Assembly: GCF_964355755.1 (NCBI RefSeq)
Contig: NC_092671.1
Location: 4,340,001-4,404,000 of the forward strand
Direction of reading: 5' to 3'
Length of the DNA stretch: 64,000 bases
DNA from: Antedon mediterranea
Lineage: Eukaryota > Animalia > Echinodermata
Part shown: one piece after another, positions 27,481 through 40,664 of the stretch
Numbering within the stretch: position 1 is the stretch's first letter
Layout: each line of letters starts with the position of its first letter
The notes under the pieces: generated by a model
Told to the model about the DNA's origin: nothing
Seen by the model: the letters and a program-made list of their open reading frames with translations, nothing else
The model's database searches: none
Program-made: the position numbers and the translations under genes

Positions 27481-28155
27481 TCAAAGACACATATAAAATA
27501 AAAATATAATGTTTAAAGTACATATTGTTAACATATTAAAGTGATTGGTTGAGAATTGATGAACGGAAAAAAAAAAAAAAAGAGTAGGCACATGTTTTTC
27601 GATTCTCAAGCCACAGTCCATTAGTTCCATTGTCTCGGGCTGAGTGAGGCTAACCTGTGACTGTCAGTAGCATTTTGGCTTAACGGAGGTTAAATCTTCT
27701 ATATATTGTATTTAACCAACATTGATTATAATTATGATTAATATATTTGCCATTCCTAACGTTCCGAAGAATTAATAATAGGTAGGCATACTTAATTATT
27801 TTGAAGTATTTTAAAACATATTAGTTAGAAATGCGCAACATTCCTATTATAGCAAATGGAATCGTCCGTACCATGAAAGTTAAATACTTTATGGACAGGT
27901 CCACTTATTTTCAAGGGATATTCTTTGATTATTATTGATTGAGGATTATTTATATATATATATAAATTTGCCATTGGATATATATATATAAAGTATGAAC
28001 GGAATCATATTTTGTAGGTTTTTAGTTTTAATTGATTAATTTAAAACTGTTAGTACTGCTATAGAAATCTATGTTTGCATTTTCTTCAATTAATATTTAT
28101 TTTTTAAAATGAAAACATATTATTCTTAAAACTGAATTTATTGTAATTAATTAAA

Positions 28156-28979
28156 CTAGATGGTCGTGTCCACGGATGGTTCTCGAATACACAGTAATTT
28201 CAGCGTGAAAAAAAAACAACGAAAAACTGGCGATTTCAAATGTACGTACCGCAGGACTATAGAACATTGTCGTTTACAGAAACGAATAAATAGACACGAT
28301 GATTTATGTAGTCAACTAAAATTATCACCATGGTAATTAGACCTACTTCCGAAGAAGGAGAAACTTTTTTATTTGAACTCATTTAAACAAACCCAATTTG
28401 TGTTTTGTATATAACATTAGGGTTGAGGGATAGGGAAGAGGATGTAACGATACACCACTACGAAGTTTATATTGTTTATAATTAATTATTAATATAAACG
28501 TTGAGAAGCAGCTGTCAGTAATACAGTTTCTTATTTGTATATTATGTGTTTATATATCCAGCAGTAGAGCATACCCACGGTAACAGTAATACATGTTCTT
28601 TGTATATGTGTTTATATATCTAACAGTAACCACATTCACCGTAAGAAAGTTTCGATTCAAATGGCGACCAAAAATGGTTAATACGTATTTACAATAATGT
28701 CAAAGTTTTGCAATATCTCAGTTTTAAGTTTATTCTCCAAGGGCTCATAAATTTACCTACTTGTGTTAAACCAACACCCCTATTTGGGGCAAATAATTGA
28801 ACCTACATTCGTTTTAATTGTTAATAACTAATTATCTGACTAAATTTAATTAGTAAACAGGGTTACATCAGGTGGTAAAAACCAGTACCGAGATTCTAAC
28901 CAACTTTATCATCGAGTAAACATTCTAGGAATAACGCACGATTTACCGAATTTTTTCCTTACGTTAATTTATATATAGA
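28156..28979 (-). mobile_element. Non-autonomous Helitron, short relative of 43045-45597
   Basis: Minus strand 5'-TC...CTAG-3' between A and T; both ends are homologous to the 43045-45597 element. Confidence 0.7.
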
Positions 28980-29194
28980 TTATGATTGATCAACAGGTAT
29001 TTAATCTATACAGTAATGGAAGAAAATATGAAAGAAAATTATCAGAATCAGATTCTTCAATGAACACATGTAATTCGGACAGTTTGAAAAAGAAAATTGA
29101 TCGTGCAAATAATGTTTACGTTTCAACATATTTTTTTTTTTATTACATATTTCTATGGTATCAAAGACATATTTTTAATAAACATTTGATTTAA

Positions 29195-29660
29195 AATTGT
29201 GTATTTATATTATACAATTAACTGGTGAAACAATGGGCATGATGTGATTTATAATTAAGAGCTATGTTAGATTTTGTGTAATTTTGCGATTAACCAACAC
29301 ATTTTTATTTTGTTACACGTTTCCATGATAACAACAAAAACATATTTTTCGTGTTTTATTAAAAATTGTGTATTTATAGTATACAATTAAATAGTAAAAA
29401 CAAAAAATGGGCATTATGTGATTCATAATTAAAGAACTATCTTTGATTTGTATGTATTTTTGCGATAAAACGACAATTTTTTTATTTATTTTTTTTTATT
29501 TTTTTTTATTACACGTTAACAACATGTTAACAAAAACATGTTTTTTAATAAAGTTTTGAAGGAAAATGATGTATTTATATTATACAATTAACTGGTGAAA
29601 AAATGTGCATAATGTGATTAATAATTAAAGAGCTATGTTAGATTTTTGTGTATTATATTA
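29195..29660. repeat. Three degenerate tandem copies of a 170-200-bp AT-rich unit
   Basis: TGTATTTATA.TATACAATTAA...TGTGATT.ATAATTAA recurs near 29200, 29369 and 29570. Confidence 0.7.
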
Positions 29661-30356
29661 CATTCAAATATTACCTATTTGCATTATGTATTATGATAAA
29701 ACAATATTTTATGATTTTTTTTTTTTTTTCCAAAAGTTTTATAGAAGATGTATTTACATCAATCAATAACAGTTAAAAAAACTAAGTTGGTACAATTTAT
29801 GGTTGTCTTACGTGCTGTCCGTTTGGCCAATATGAACCCCTATCAGAAATCGATGTAGGAATACAATACAACAAAATGTTAATAATACCCCAAAACGTAG
29901 TGTGGATTGCCGTACGATATAATTATTATAGGTATTATACATTATGTACAGTGGAGCTAGGCTGAATTCAAAACTTCACTTGACCGAACTTATGGAAAGG
30001 TACACGTTTGTTTGTTTGTGTAATTACTAGGCATAGTCGTTTGTAGACGTTAATATAGAAAGTTAGCTTTTATATTTTACTTAGAAGTAGAAGTGTGTAT
30101 ATATTTTTAAAAATATATAAAATAATGTATATTATTAAAACTAGAATTTAACTCGTCACTTTGACCTAATATACTGTGTATATATAAAGGAAATAAACAG
30201 TGTCCCAGTAAAATATATCACACCGTAAGGAAAACTGGATACTCGAAGTAATATCTGATACTAAGGTGAAAAATGCTAGTCTGTTATCGCTCGACATACC
30301 AGACCAATGTGTAATGTGGTTTGCGATTACTATAGTGCCTGTCTGTTAAAAAATGT

Positions 30357-31690
30357 TTGTGTCGTTAATATCTTCCTACGAGAGGATTTATGTATGGGCC
30401 TTGTAATGTGCGAGTCGTTATCGTTTATGTATGGGCCTTGTCGTTGACTAAGGCGAAAGTAAATGTGCGAGTCGTAATCGCACGACATATAAAATTCATG
30501 TGCGAGTCGTTATCGCATGACATATAAAATTCATGTGCGAGTCGTTATCGCACGACATATAAAATTCATGTGCGAGTCGTTATCGCACGACATATAAAAT
30601 TCATGTGCGAGTCTTTATCGCACGACATATAAACATTCATGTGCGAGTCGTTATCGCACGACATATAAACATTCATGTGCGAGTCGTTATCGCACGACAT
30701 ATACAATTAATGTGCGAGTCGTTATCGCACGACATATAAAATTCATGTGCGAGTCGTTATCGCACGACATATAAAATTCATGTGCGAGTCGTTATCGCAC
30801 GACATATACAATTCATGTGCGAGTCGTTATCGCACGACATATAAAATTCATGTGCGAGTCTTTATCGCACGACATATAAACATTCATGTGCGAGTCGTTA
30901 TCGCACGACATATAAACATTCATGTGCGAGTCGTTATCGCACGACATATAACATTCATGTGCGAGTCGTTATCGCACGACATATACAATTCATGTGCGAG
31001 TCGTTATCGCACGACATATAAAATTCATGTGCGAGTCGTTATCGCACGACATATAAAAATTCATGTGCGAGTCGTCATCGCACGACATATAAAATTCATA
31101 TGCGAGTCGTTATCGCACGACGTATAAAATTCATGTGCGAGTCGTTATCGCACGACATATCATGTGCGAGTCTTATCGCACGACATATAAAATTCATGTG
31201 CGAGTCGTTATCGCACGACATATAAAATTCATGTGCGGGTCGTTATCGCACGACATATAAAATTCATGTGCGAGTCGTTCATCGCACGACATATTATAAA
31301 AGTATATGTGCAGGTAGTGTCTGTGTCGTTAATATCTTCCTACAAGAGGATTTATGTATGGGCCTTGTCTTCGACTAAGGCGAAAGTAAATGTGGGAGTC
31401 GTTATCGCACGACATATAAAATTCATGTGCGAGTCGTTCATCGGATGAAATATTATAAAAGTATATGTGCAGGTAATGTCTGTGTCGTTAATATCTTCCT
31501 ACAAGAGGATTTATATATGGGCCTTGTCTTCGGCTAAGGCGAAAGTAAATGTGCGAGTTGTTATCGCACGACCTATAAAATTCGTGTCCGAGTCGTTAAT
31601 CGCACGACATACAGGGATTACAGTATAATATAAGAGTATAATATGTGCGGGTAATGTTTGTGTCGTTAACATTTTCCTACGAGAGGACAA
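30357..31690. repeat. 35-bp minisatellite (about 24 copies, ~30463-31292) inside ~160-bp higher-order units
   Basis: Unit CATGTGCGAGTCGTTATCGCACGACATATAAAATT; the longer unit starting GTGTCGTTAATATCTTCCTAC recurs near 30359, 31324, 31482 and 31660. Confidence 0.95.
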
Positions 31691-31707
31691 CATATAAAAG
31701 TAAACAG

Positions 31708-31709
<2 letters not shown>

Positions 31710-31780
<71 letters not shown>
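31710..31780. repeat. (TA)n microsatellite
   Basis: Directly visible. Confidence 0.98.
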
Positions 31781-31781
<1 letters not shown>

Positions 31782-32623
31782 GTATAAAGTCGGAAAAAAC
31801 ATGTGTTAAATCACAATGGCGGCCGAACAGTTGGCCCTTGTGTAAACTGGAATCACACCAGTAGCCTGGACACACCTTAAAACACACTCACGTTACCACA
31901 CATACAGTACATAGGTAGACTTTCCATAAAGGAAAGGGCTGTAGTATTTGTAGTCGTGGAAGTATGAGTAGCATCGCATAAGGTGCCGAATTGTTAGAAA
32001 ACTTACTTGTAAAAATGTTGCTGTGTTAGGATGGAAATCGGTGATGGAAAATAAGGAAAATTGTCTTCAACTTAATGTGATCGTGTTAACAGAGAGGATG
32101 CTTGATCAAAGAGGTCGAAAACCCGCCCTCTCCGTTCTCAAAATAGAATTGTGTTTCCAACCCAATTCTTGATTTTATGTTAACGTTATCTTCTTCCATT
32201 CCCTAGGAAGGTACGTATCTATAAACGCATCAAATACAGATGGAAGTGAAATTTTGTTTTAAATGGTTTCTAATGTTAATAACAATATAAGTAATAATGA
32301 AGTGGGTCCTTCTTGAAATAAAAGTCAAAGATACATTATAACGACGATAATTGTGATTTCTTATGCAGTTTTAGAGGTTTAGTAAACCTTACCAAACTAG
32401 TGAAGTATTTTTAAAAGCAATAAAAAAAAGTATTGCAAGACGTTCATAAGTAAGACTGAAACAAGTTTAGACGTAAATATGTTGAAATGAAATTATTCAT
32501 TAATTAATTAATGTTTTTAAAAGATTTAAAAATATACGGTAATCTATCATGTTTGCTAATGAAGTAAGTAATAATTTTATTTCCTGCATAGATTAAATAA
32601 AAGTAAAGTATAAATTGGTAAAA

Positions 32624-33679
32624 TCATCTAATCAATCTCGTTCGAATTCTTCTGTAGAAAACGTCAACAAACTCTCGTCTAAAACCGTCATTCACTACAT
32701 TATATATTAAAGGATTTACAGCAGAATTTAGAAATGTTAAAAATCGACAAATATTTAAAAATAAACTATCACGCGATCCAAGAATGTTAGTAAAGTATAA
32801 TATTCCAAACAAATAAAGTGGTTTCACAAGGGCAACATAGACTGTGAATGTCACACAAACTGTCCAGAATATTTTCCTTTCAGATTTAGAACGTGGGTCG
32901 TTCTCACGTGAATTTGATACTATGTTGCGGGATTTTCTTATAGAATAGAGCATAAGTGAATATAAAATTACCATACTTATAATTAGCAACATATTCACAG
33001 TTACGTTCAAAATCAACAAAATTAAATAGAGTTTATTGTATCTTGGATGAATACCACATATAGTTGCACGATTTGTAATACCTCTATACATATCAGGCCA
33101 TGGAAGAATAATAGAAACGCGTATAGCATACACAAAGGCTAAAGTGTTCACAGACAAACCGAAAATCCATATAACTGCACACATCTTAACGGATCTTGAA
33201 GGAGTACCAAATGCACTTGTTTTATATTCAATAGGTCTGCAAACTGCCATATAACGTTCAATGGAAAGCCAAAAAATCGTTAAAACTCCTACATGCCCGG
33301 CACAAGTACTGAAATAATCAAACTGTCCGCATTCAAAGTTGTGAAATTCCGCTTTATCAATTTTATAGTTTACCGGTATCAGATCTTCGCTTATCCATAT
33401 TTTAATTGGTGCAACAATTAAAATGATCGTATCAGCTATTGCCAAATTGGCTAGATACACGTACGCTGGTGAGTGTAATTTACTCACTATAACAATAAAT
33501 GTCATTATGTTGCCGACAATGCCAAATGCAACAACAACAGGAGCAATACAGTTAATCAAAATCCTCTCGAAGTCACTAGGAAGGAACATATCAATGTATA
33601 CATCAAATAGACTCGTGTTAGATGTTAAATTCCCGTGTTCAGATGCACCATAGGATGTATTGTCGACCGAAAGTGACAT
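32624..33679 (-). CDS. Class A GPCR, 351 aa, type-A copy 3
   Basis: Differs from copy 2 by two residues (HTPA/HSPA and KSLN/KSRN). Confidence 0.93.
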   Translation of the reverse strand: MSLSVDNTSYGASEHGNLTSNTSLFDVYIDMFLPSDFERILINCIAPVVVAFGIVGNIMTFIVIVSKLHSPAYVYLANLAIADTIILIVAPIKIWISEDLIPVNYKIDKAEFHNFECGQFDYFSTCAGHVGVLTIFWLSIERYMAVCRPIEYKTSAFGTPSRSVKMCAVIWIFGLSVNTLAFVYAIRVSIILPWPDMYRGITNRATICGIHPRYNKLYLILLILNVTVNMLLIISMVILYSLMLYSIRKSRNIVSNSRENDPRSKSERKIFWTVCVTFTVYVALVKPLYLFGILYFTNILGSRDSLFLNICRFLTFLNSAVNPLIYNVVNDGFRREFVDVFYRRIRTRLIR

Positions 33680-34536
33680 TTCTTTGTTTTCCCCACTGAA
33701 TTGCTAACAAAATACTGTACACAATCTCCCAAACAGTCCTAATAATGGTGCTTTGCCAGAATTCTTTTTAGTAGAGGGACGCGTTCAAACTCACACTACA
33801 TCTAGGCTATATAACAGGTCCAGATTCTACTGATGTCACACAGCCGCAATTACGGCTCTTTCGGACATGTAATATCTGGTAACCACCGGTAAACAACGAC
33901 AAATAGCCACAACTGTACACATATAAATGTAAAAAATAAATTTAATAATAATCTTTGACCAACAATTCTTCCTTCTATAATCCAAACCCCCCCTAAAAAA
34001 ACCCACAAAAAAAAAACCCCAAGCAATTCTCAAACAATGATACAGTATCCCTATTCCCACACAATGTATACACTTCCCCAAATTCCCAATCCTTCCAGAC
34101 AAAATATCGACAATCTTCTTATTGTCAAATATAAATCCCAGAACCCCCCTTTCAAATACAATAATATCACAAGATGAATAATCAAACAATAATAAATGTC
34201 CACAATATCGTTCCTTCTTGCCTTTTCTCCTACGCTGACACAAAAACAAATTCGAAAGATAAAAGTTAAAACGATTCTGCAACTAAACAACTCCCACGCC
34301 TCTTCTCCCGTTCTGCTTGTATTCCCAATTATACTTCTTCTCAACCTGCAACTATCTTCTGACATATAAATAAATGAAATATAAAGTTAAAAATGTTTCT
34401 TGATGTCCTTCTGCACTGCAATCCGCTCCCCGATCAATTATTTCTTTCTCCTTTTCCACGTAACATAATATCAGTATCAATAAAGTCAGTCTTCGATACA
34501 TTCAACAAAAGCTTTCTTTAAAAGCAATTAATTCTG

Positions 34537-34915
34537 CTATTTCCAACAGTTATTATTCGATTTATTAACTTCATGTATCTCACTTTATTTCATTTCTGCT
34601 CCAGCTCTAGATCACCATAATTATTTCCAACTCACAATTTATTAACTTCATGTATATCACCTTATTTCATTTCTGCTTCAGCTCTATATCACCATAATTA
34701 TTTCCAACTCACAATTTACTAACTTCATGTATATCACCTTATTTCCTTTCCGCTTCAGCTCTATATCACCATAATTATTTCCAACTCACAATTTACTAAC
34801 TTCATGTATATCACCTTATTTCCTTTCCGCTTCAGCTCTATATCACCATAATTCTTTCCACCCCACCATTTATTAACTTCATATATATCACTTTACTTCC
34901 TTTCTGCTTCACCAT
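34537..34915. repeat. 77-bp tandem repeat, about 5 copies, inside the LTR (also ~38073-38450)
   Basis: TTATTTCCAACTCACAATTT recurs at 34621, 34698 and 34775. Confidence 0.9.
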
Positions 34916-35216
34916 AACATAACCCTCTTTCTCTGTCTCCTCTCAATTTTCATCTCCCTCTCAACATTCCCTCAATTTCACACATACCACCACCTTATCC
35001 TTCTCAACCAATCAGCAACTCACACACCAACTCAACTCTTACACCTCTCCTCCAATCAGCAACCTCCACACACTCCTTCTCTGCACACAAACACTCTGCT
35101 CCACTGGCTTCAAACAATAGTTTCCTAAAACAAAAGAAAGGTTCAAATAATGAAAACAAAAGGAAAAGTAAGCATGACTTGCACAATAAATACAAAACTT
35201 ATGTCACTTGTGACAT

Positions 35217-37202
35217 TTACTCCCCTCTAAAAGAAATATGTCCCAACATTTTCTTCAAACCGGAATGGGTCCTAATACTTTGAAACATGTGTTTGTTGTT
35301 TGATTGTTGTTTGTGTGTTTCTGTGGTCCTAAGTGTTCTGAATGGTGGATTCTTAGTGTTAGCTTGAGACCGGGTAACAACAGAACATCCTTCAAGATTT
35401 TGCTCTGTCCATGTTGGATCTGGATTTCCTGGTGCTCGTACTCCTGCAATGTTACCTAATATCAAACCATAAATAGGGTTACCCATACATAGTGCATACG
35501 TTTTTCCTGAAAAGAATGGAGTATTAACATTTATTAATGCAACCGGTAAGTTGCGAACAGTGCCATCAATCAGCATACATGTTTTCTCTTTACCCGTAAG
35601 TTGTTCGGCGGATACAAGTTCTTTCTTCACAAACACCCCACTACAGCCACTGTCACGAAGAACAGAGACACGGCGTGATCCAACACAACCTGTATAAATG
35701 GGCATTTTACTACTTGAATGATTTAGAGCCGCTGCCATAATTGGAAGACAGTGCCCACACTGAAGCGTGACCTTATCACCATCATTATTGATACAACATT
35801 GATTTAAAGATTCTGACATTTTCGTAACCATACTAGCCCCCACAACGGGAATTTCTTCTTTGGCTTTACAATCGGGTTGGTTTGTACATTTTTGGCAATC
35901 AGACTCTTTTTGTAGTAAAGTAGACAACCCCGAGAAACTGTTGGTATCCTGTCTTCAATTTCTGGCAATATGTCCCATTTTTAAGCATCGGTAACACTTT
36001 GGAGGAGAGTTTCGCTTATACCTAGTTGCAGCTCTGCCGTTCGGCTCTTTTTGAGGTGAAATAGACAACCCAGCGCGTCTACAATTTCTGGCAATGTGTC
36101 CTGTTTTTAAACATCTGTAACATTTTGGAGGAGGGTTTGGTTTATACATAGTTGAGGCTCTGCAATTTCTAGCCAAGTGACCTACACGATGGCATATAAA
36201 ACAAGTTGGGCTACGGAAACTAGATGGGCTTTGTGCTGAGGATGTACTGGGAACATTATTAGAGGGAAGTTGAGGGGAATTCGGCTCCTTTTGTTTAAAC
36301 TCTATTGGTTTACCAAATAACCCCCCACGGGCTTCCAAATATTGTTCAGCAATTTCAGCCATCGCTTGTATCGTTTTCGGTTGAAGTTCCCTTAGGAACA
36401 GGGCAAGGTCCTTCCCACACCCATCAGTAAATTGCTCTCGCAGCAATAAATCTTTTAACCCCTGAAAGGTTTTCTCCCCTCTGCTAGGTCAATCCACCTA
36501 TCCAGATAATTGCTTAACCTTGCAGCGAACTGCAGTCCGCTTTCTCCGTATTCGGGCTTGGCTGTCCGTAACTTATGTCGAAATCCATCGGCGGTTAACT
36601 GAAACCGTTTTAGAAGAGCCAATTTCAACAGTTTGTAATCGTGAGCTTCAGCTGAAGACAACCTGGAATAAACCTCGAGAGCTTTCCCAGTTAGTAGGGC
36701 ACTTAAGTTAACCGGCCACTCACTTTCTTTCCACTCCTGACTAGTCGCATACCGTTCAAACCTAGGCATCTAGGTCATCTGTTCGGTCATGGAAAGGGGG
36801 TAATTTAGGTTTACTGGCCTTAACCCGTGACTCAGGATTGGGTAATACTCTACCACCTGGCCGTGCCCGATTCTTTTCTTGCTCTAATTGGATTTCTAAC
36901 CTTCGCATTTCTATGAGATAGGCCTGATTTTCAGCTTCTTTCACCCTTTCATTTACTCTCTCTTTTTCTTCACTCGCTCTTTTCCTCTCTGCTTCGTCCC
37001 TCTCTAGCACCTCTCTTCTCTCTCTCTCTTCCTTGTCTCTGTTTCGCTCTTTTTCTTCTCTCTCCCTGTTTCTTTCTTCTCTCTCTAGTGCTCTCTCTTC
37101 TCTCTCTCTCACAGCTTCCTCTCTCTTTTCCACAAACTCCCTTAATTCCACTCCATCCAAACCCAACGCTTTTCCTGCATCAACAATTTTAGTGAGATCC
37201 AT
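35217..37202 (-). pseudogene. Disrupted gag-protease of the LTR element
   Basis: Coiled-coil N-terminus, RFERYA...LLTGKALEVY capsid-like region, three CX2CX4HX4C knuckles (last Cys is now TGA), protease LRDSGCS; frameshifts near 36765 and 36450; no RT, RNase H or integrase. Confidence 0.9.
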
Positions 37203-37346
37203 TTCTTACGAAAAAAAAAAAATATATATATATATGTAAAGTATCCAATATAAGTATACAGTATGTCAATAATATGACAAATAGACAATCCAATCAATCA
37301 CGTACAATTGTTTCATCTACCGATGTTCACGCTAGGTTACAAAGTC

Positions 37347-37363
37347 TCCCGGACGAGCCCCCA
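37347..37363 (-). promoter_or_regulatory. Primer-binding site complementary to tRNA-Pro
   Basis: TGGGGGCTCGTCCGGGA, 4 nt inside the 5' LTR; equals the known tRNA-Pro PBS sequence. Confidence 0.9.
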
Positions 37364-40300
37364 TAAATGTCACACAGCCGCAATTACGGCTCTTTCGGAC
37401 ATGTAATATCTGGTAACCACCGGTAAACAACGATAAATAGCCACAACTGTACACATATAAATGTAAAAAATAAATTTAATAATAATCTTTGACCAACAAT
37501 TCTTCCTTCTATAATCCAAACCCCCCCCTAAAAAAACCCACAAAAAAAAAAACCCCAAGCAATTCTCAAACAATGATACAGTATCCCTATTCCCACACAA
37601 TGTATACACTTCCCCAAATTCCCAATCCTTCCAGACAAAATATCGACAATCTTCTTATTGTCAAATATAAATCCCAGAACCCCCCTTTCAAATACAATAA
37701 TATCACAAGATGAATAATCAAACAATAATAAATGTCCACAATATCGTTCCTTCTTGCCTTTTCTCCTACGCTGACACAAAAACAAATTCGAAAGATAAAA
37801 GTTAAAACGATTCTGCAACTAAACAACTCCCACGCCTCTGCTCCCGTTCTGCTTGTATTCCCAATTATACTTCTTCTCAACCTGCAACTATCTTCTGACA
37901 TATAAATAAATGAAATATAAAGTTAAAAATGTTTCTTGATGTCCTTCTGCACTGCAATCCGCTCCCCGATCAATTATTTCTTTCTCCTTTTCCACGTAAC
38001 ATAATATCAGTATCAATAAAGTCAGTCTTCGATACTTTCAACAAAAGCTTTCTTTAAAAGCAATTAATTCTGCTATTTCCAACAGTTATTATTCGATTTA
38101 TTAACTTCATGTATCTCACTTTATTTCATTTCTGCTCCAGCTCTAGATCACCATAATTATTTCCAACTCACAATTTATTAACTTCATGTATATCACCTTA
38201 TTTCATTTCTGCTTCAGCTCTATATCACCATAATTATTTCCAACTCACAATTTACTAACTTCATGTATATCACCTTATTTCCTTTCCGCTTCAGCTCTAT
38301 ATCACCATAATTATTTCCAACTCACAATTTACTAACTTCATGTATATCACCTTATTTCCTTTCCGCTTCAGCTCTATATCACCATAATTCTTTCCACCCC
38401 ACCATTTATTAACTTCATATATATCACTTTACTTCCTTTCTGCTTCACCATAACATAACCCTCTTTCTCTGTCTCCTCTCAATTTTCATCTCCCTCTCAA
38501 CATTCCCTCAATTTCACACATACCACCACCTTATCCTTCTCAACCAATCAGCAACTCACACACCAACTCAACTCTTACACCTCTCCTCCAATCAGCAACC
38601 TCCACACACTCCTTCTCTGCACACAAACACTCTGCTCCACTGGCTTCAAACAATAGTTTCCTAAAACAAAAGAAAGGTTCAAATAATGAAAACAAAAGGA
38701 AAAGTAAGCATGACTTGCACAATAAATACAAAACTTATGTCACTTGTGACAACTGACAATGATAAAATGTGGGAGTTACTATGCACGAACGTGAAATGTA
38801 CTGTACTGTAAGTTTTTACTAAACTCAACATTGTATCCTATTCAAAATAGACTTGACAAATGTAAATTGAATTCAAAGAATAATGTTAGCGGTGAAATGA
38901 AGCCACACCTGTTCACCGCCAATTTTGTACTGTATTGTTTACCGTTGATATAATAAATGTTGAATGTTGTGTAGTCCTTATCCGAGAAGACTTGTTCCAC
39001 CACCAACTATAGGAGCGTGTCGGCCTCGAACCCATGCCGATGATATTGTTGGCTCATTAGGTAAACCTAGAACAAATTGCAACATGTAAATGAAAATGAA
39101 AAAAACAAACAGATGATAGACCCCTCTGCAACTTTAATTTATGAATATTAGTTTCGAGGCATTTTATAACATCCGACCCAAAATTGCTATCTGCGGACCG
39201 ACCTCGTTTTTTATTTCTTTGAAAAAATTGATAAATATAATTGTTTGTACGCTTTAAGCTTCCTTATATGGACATTTTTGTAAACATCGCCATAATTTTA
39301 TTATCTGATTTCCGCTATGTGGGAAAGAAACAATAAAGTAGTGTTATTTTTTAACAATTTTATTTACTTCTAATACTTTCCTACCATATGATTTGCCGGG
39401 CTTAAACATAACTTAGGATGAGAGTATTACATTTGTTTTAGTTTTTCTTTTACAATTACCTGACTTCATTAACAGAAATATAAATGTCAATATTTATTGT
39501 GTAAAAAGAAAGACTTAACAAGAGAAAAACCACTATAAGTTGTAGGCCTACCATATTGTTGATTAGTTATATCGTCCTATATATCACTAAAAAAAACATT
39601 GGAAACTAATTATTTTTTATCACATAGGGCCTTAGTAGTGAAACAGTATCTCCATCATATAACAAACCCTTTGTTCTTGTTTTCTTTGGTGGGGGTGGCC
39701 CATATTTATTCTCATATGCCTAAACTATACAGACTAAATAAAATAGGATTAGTAGGCCTACACTATCAGTGTCTAACTAATATCTCTTGTTATCTTCCAT
39801 TACATTCATTTTCTCTTATAATTGTTAATAATTTTTGTATACAGTATCCATCGTAATAATAGTAATTATTGCCTGCACAGTCCGAATAGTGCATTTGTTC
39901 TTTATGTATCTTTTTTATCTTTAATTACTTGTTGAGTGCTAGGCCTATGTTTTGTATTTTTTATGCGATATTTTATGTTCAATCTCAATTGTTATAATGA
40001 ATTGCGATAATAAAGTTCAAGTTTATAATAAAGCTACATATCAATAGGCCGGAGAAAAACTAAAGGACAAATCGTATTTCAGATTGACCAACGGTAGAGA
40101 TTGATAACCTGACATATATATAGACAAATTTGTATAGACTAGGTTATATATTTGAAACTACTTAAAGTGAAATAATTGTCACCATTTCAAACTAATTCAT
40201 ATTTGGGTCCCTTAATTTCACGTAGGCTATACTGTATACATATACCGTGCTCAACTCAGTCCTATAAGTATGCATCAGAGTTGGTATCATTTATCAATAT

Positions 40301-40664
40301 TTGCTGATATTTTTGCTTAAGCTGAAATATTTAAGAAGTGCTTAAGCAATTAACTTAAGCATATCTGTATTGTAGAGGACCTCTTGAGACAAGCTATTGG
40401 TTCTAGTGCGGGCCCCAGTTATTGTCAATATAACTGAATAAATGTGTATGAATGAATGAGAATATTAATTTATCAAACCGTCTTAGCAGAAAAACTGTCT
40501 TTGCGCATGCGTAATATTAAACACTAGAGGGCAGCAAATTATGTCTTAAGACGAACATTTTTTTCTCTTAGCGATAACGGTGCTTTACATATTTCACTGG
40601 CAGAGTCGTATTATTATATATATATATATGGCTCGCTGTCCATTGGGAGCCACGATTAAGCACC

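Larger units (their letters stand above)
26029..32176 (-). mobile_element. Non-autonomous Ngaro/PAT-like (DIRS order) element with split direct repeats
   Basis: Minus-strand order: A1 32176-32055, internal region, B1 26607-26398, A2 26397-26276, 37-bp spacer, B2 26238-26029. No TSD beyond a shared T run. Empty sites near 12540 and 46592. No RT or YR ORF. Confidence 0.8.
33834..38751 (-). mobile_element. Gypsy (Gmr1-like) LTR retrotransposon, internally deleted (gag and protease only)
   Basis: LTRs 33834-35215 and 37368-38751 (TGTCACA...TGTGACA); TSD ACTGA; PBS TGGGGGCTCGTCCGGGA; PPT AGAGGGGAG; empty sites near 1075 and 14169. Confidence 0.95.

Noticed and set aside
30463-31292. CRISPR-like array of palindromic 35-bp repeats
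   Set aside because: Units are head-to-tail with no unique spacers, no cas genes are present, and the context is eukaryotic.
33836-35195. ORFs inside the LTRs (possible env or accessory genes)
   Set aside because: No motifs, and homopolymer indels change the frame between the two LTRs.
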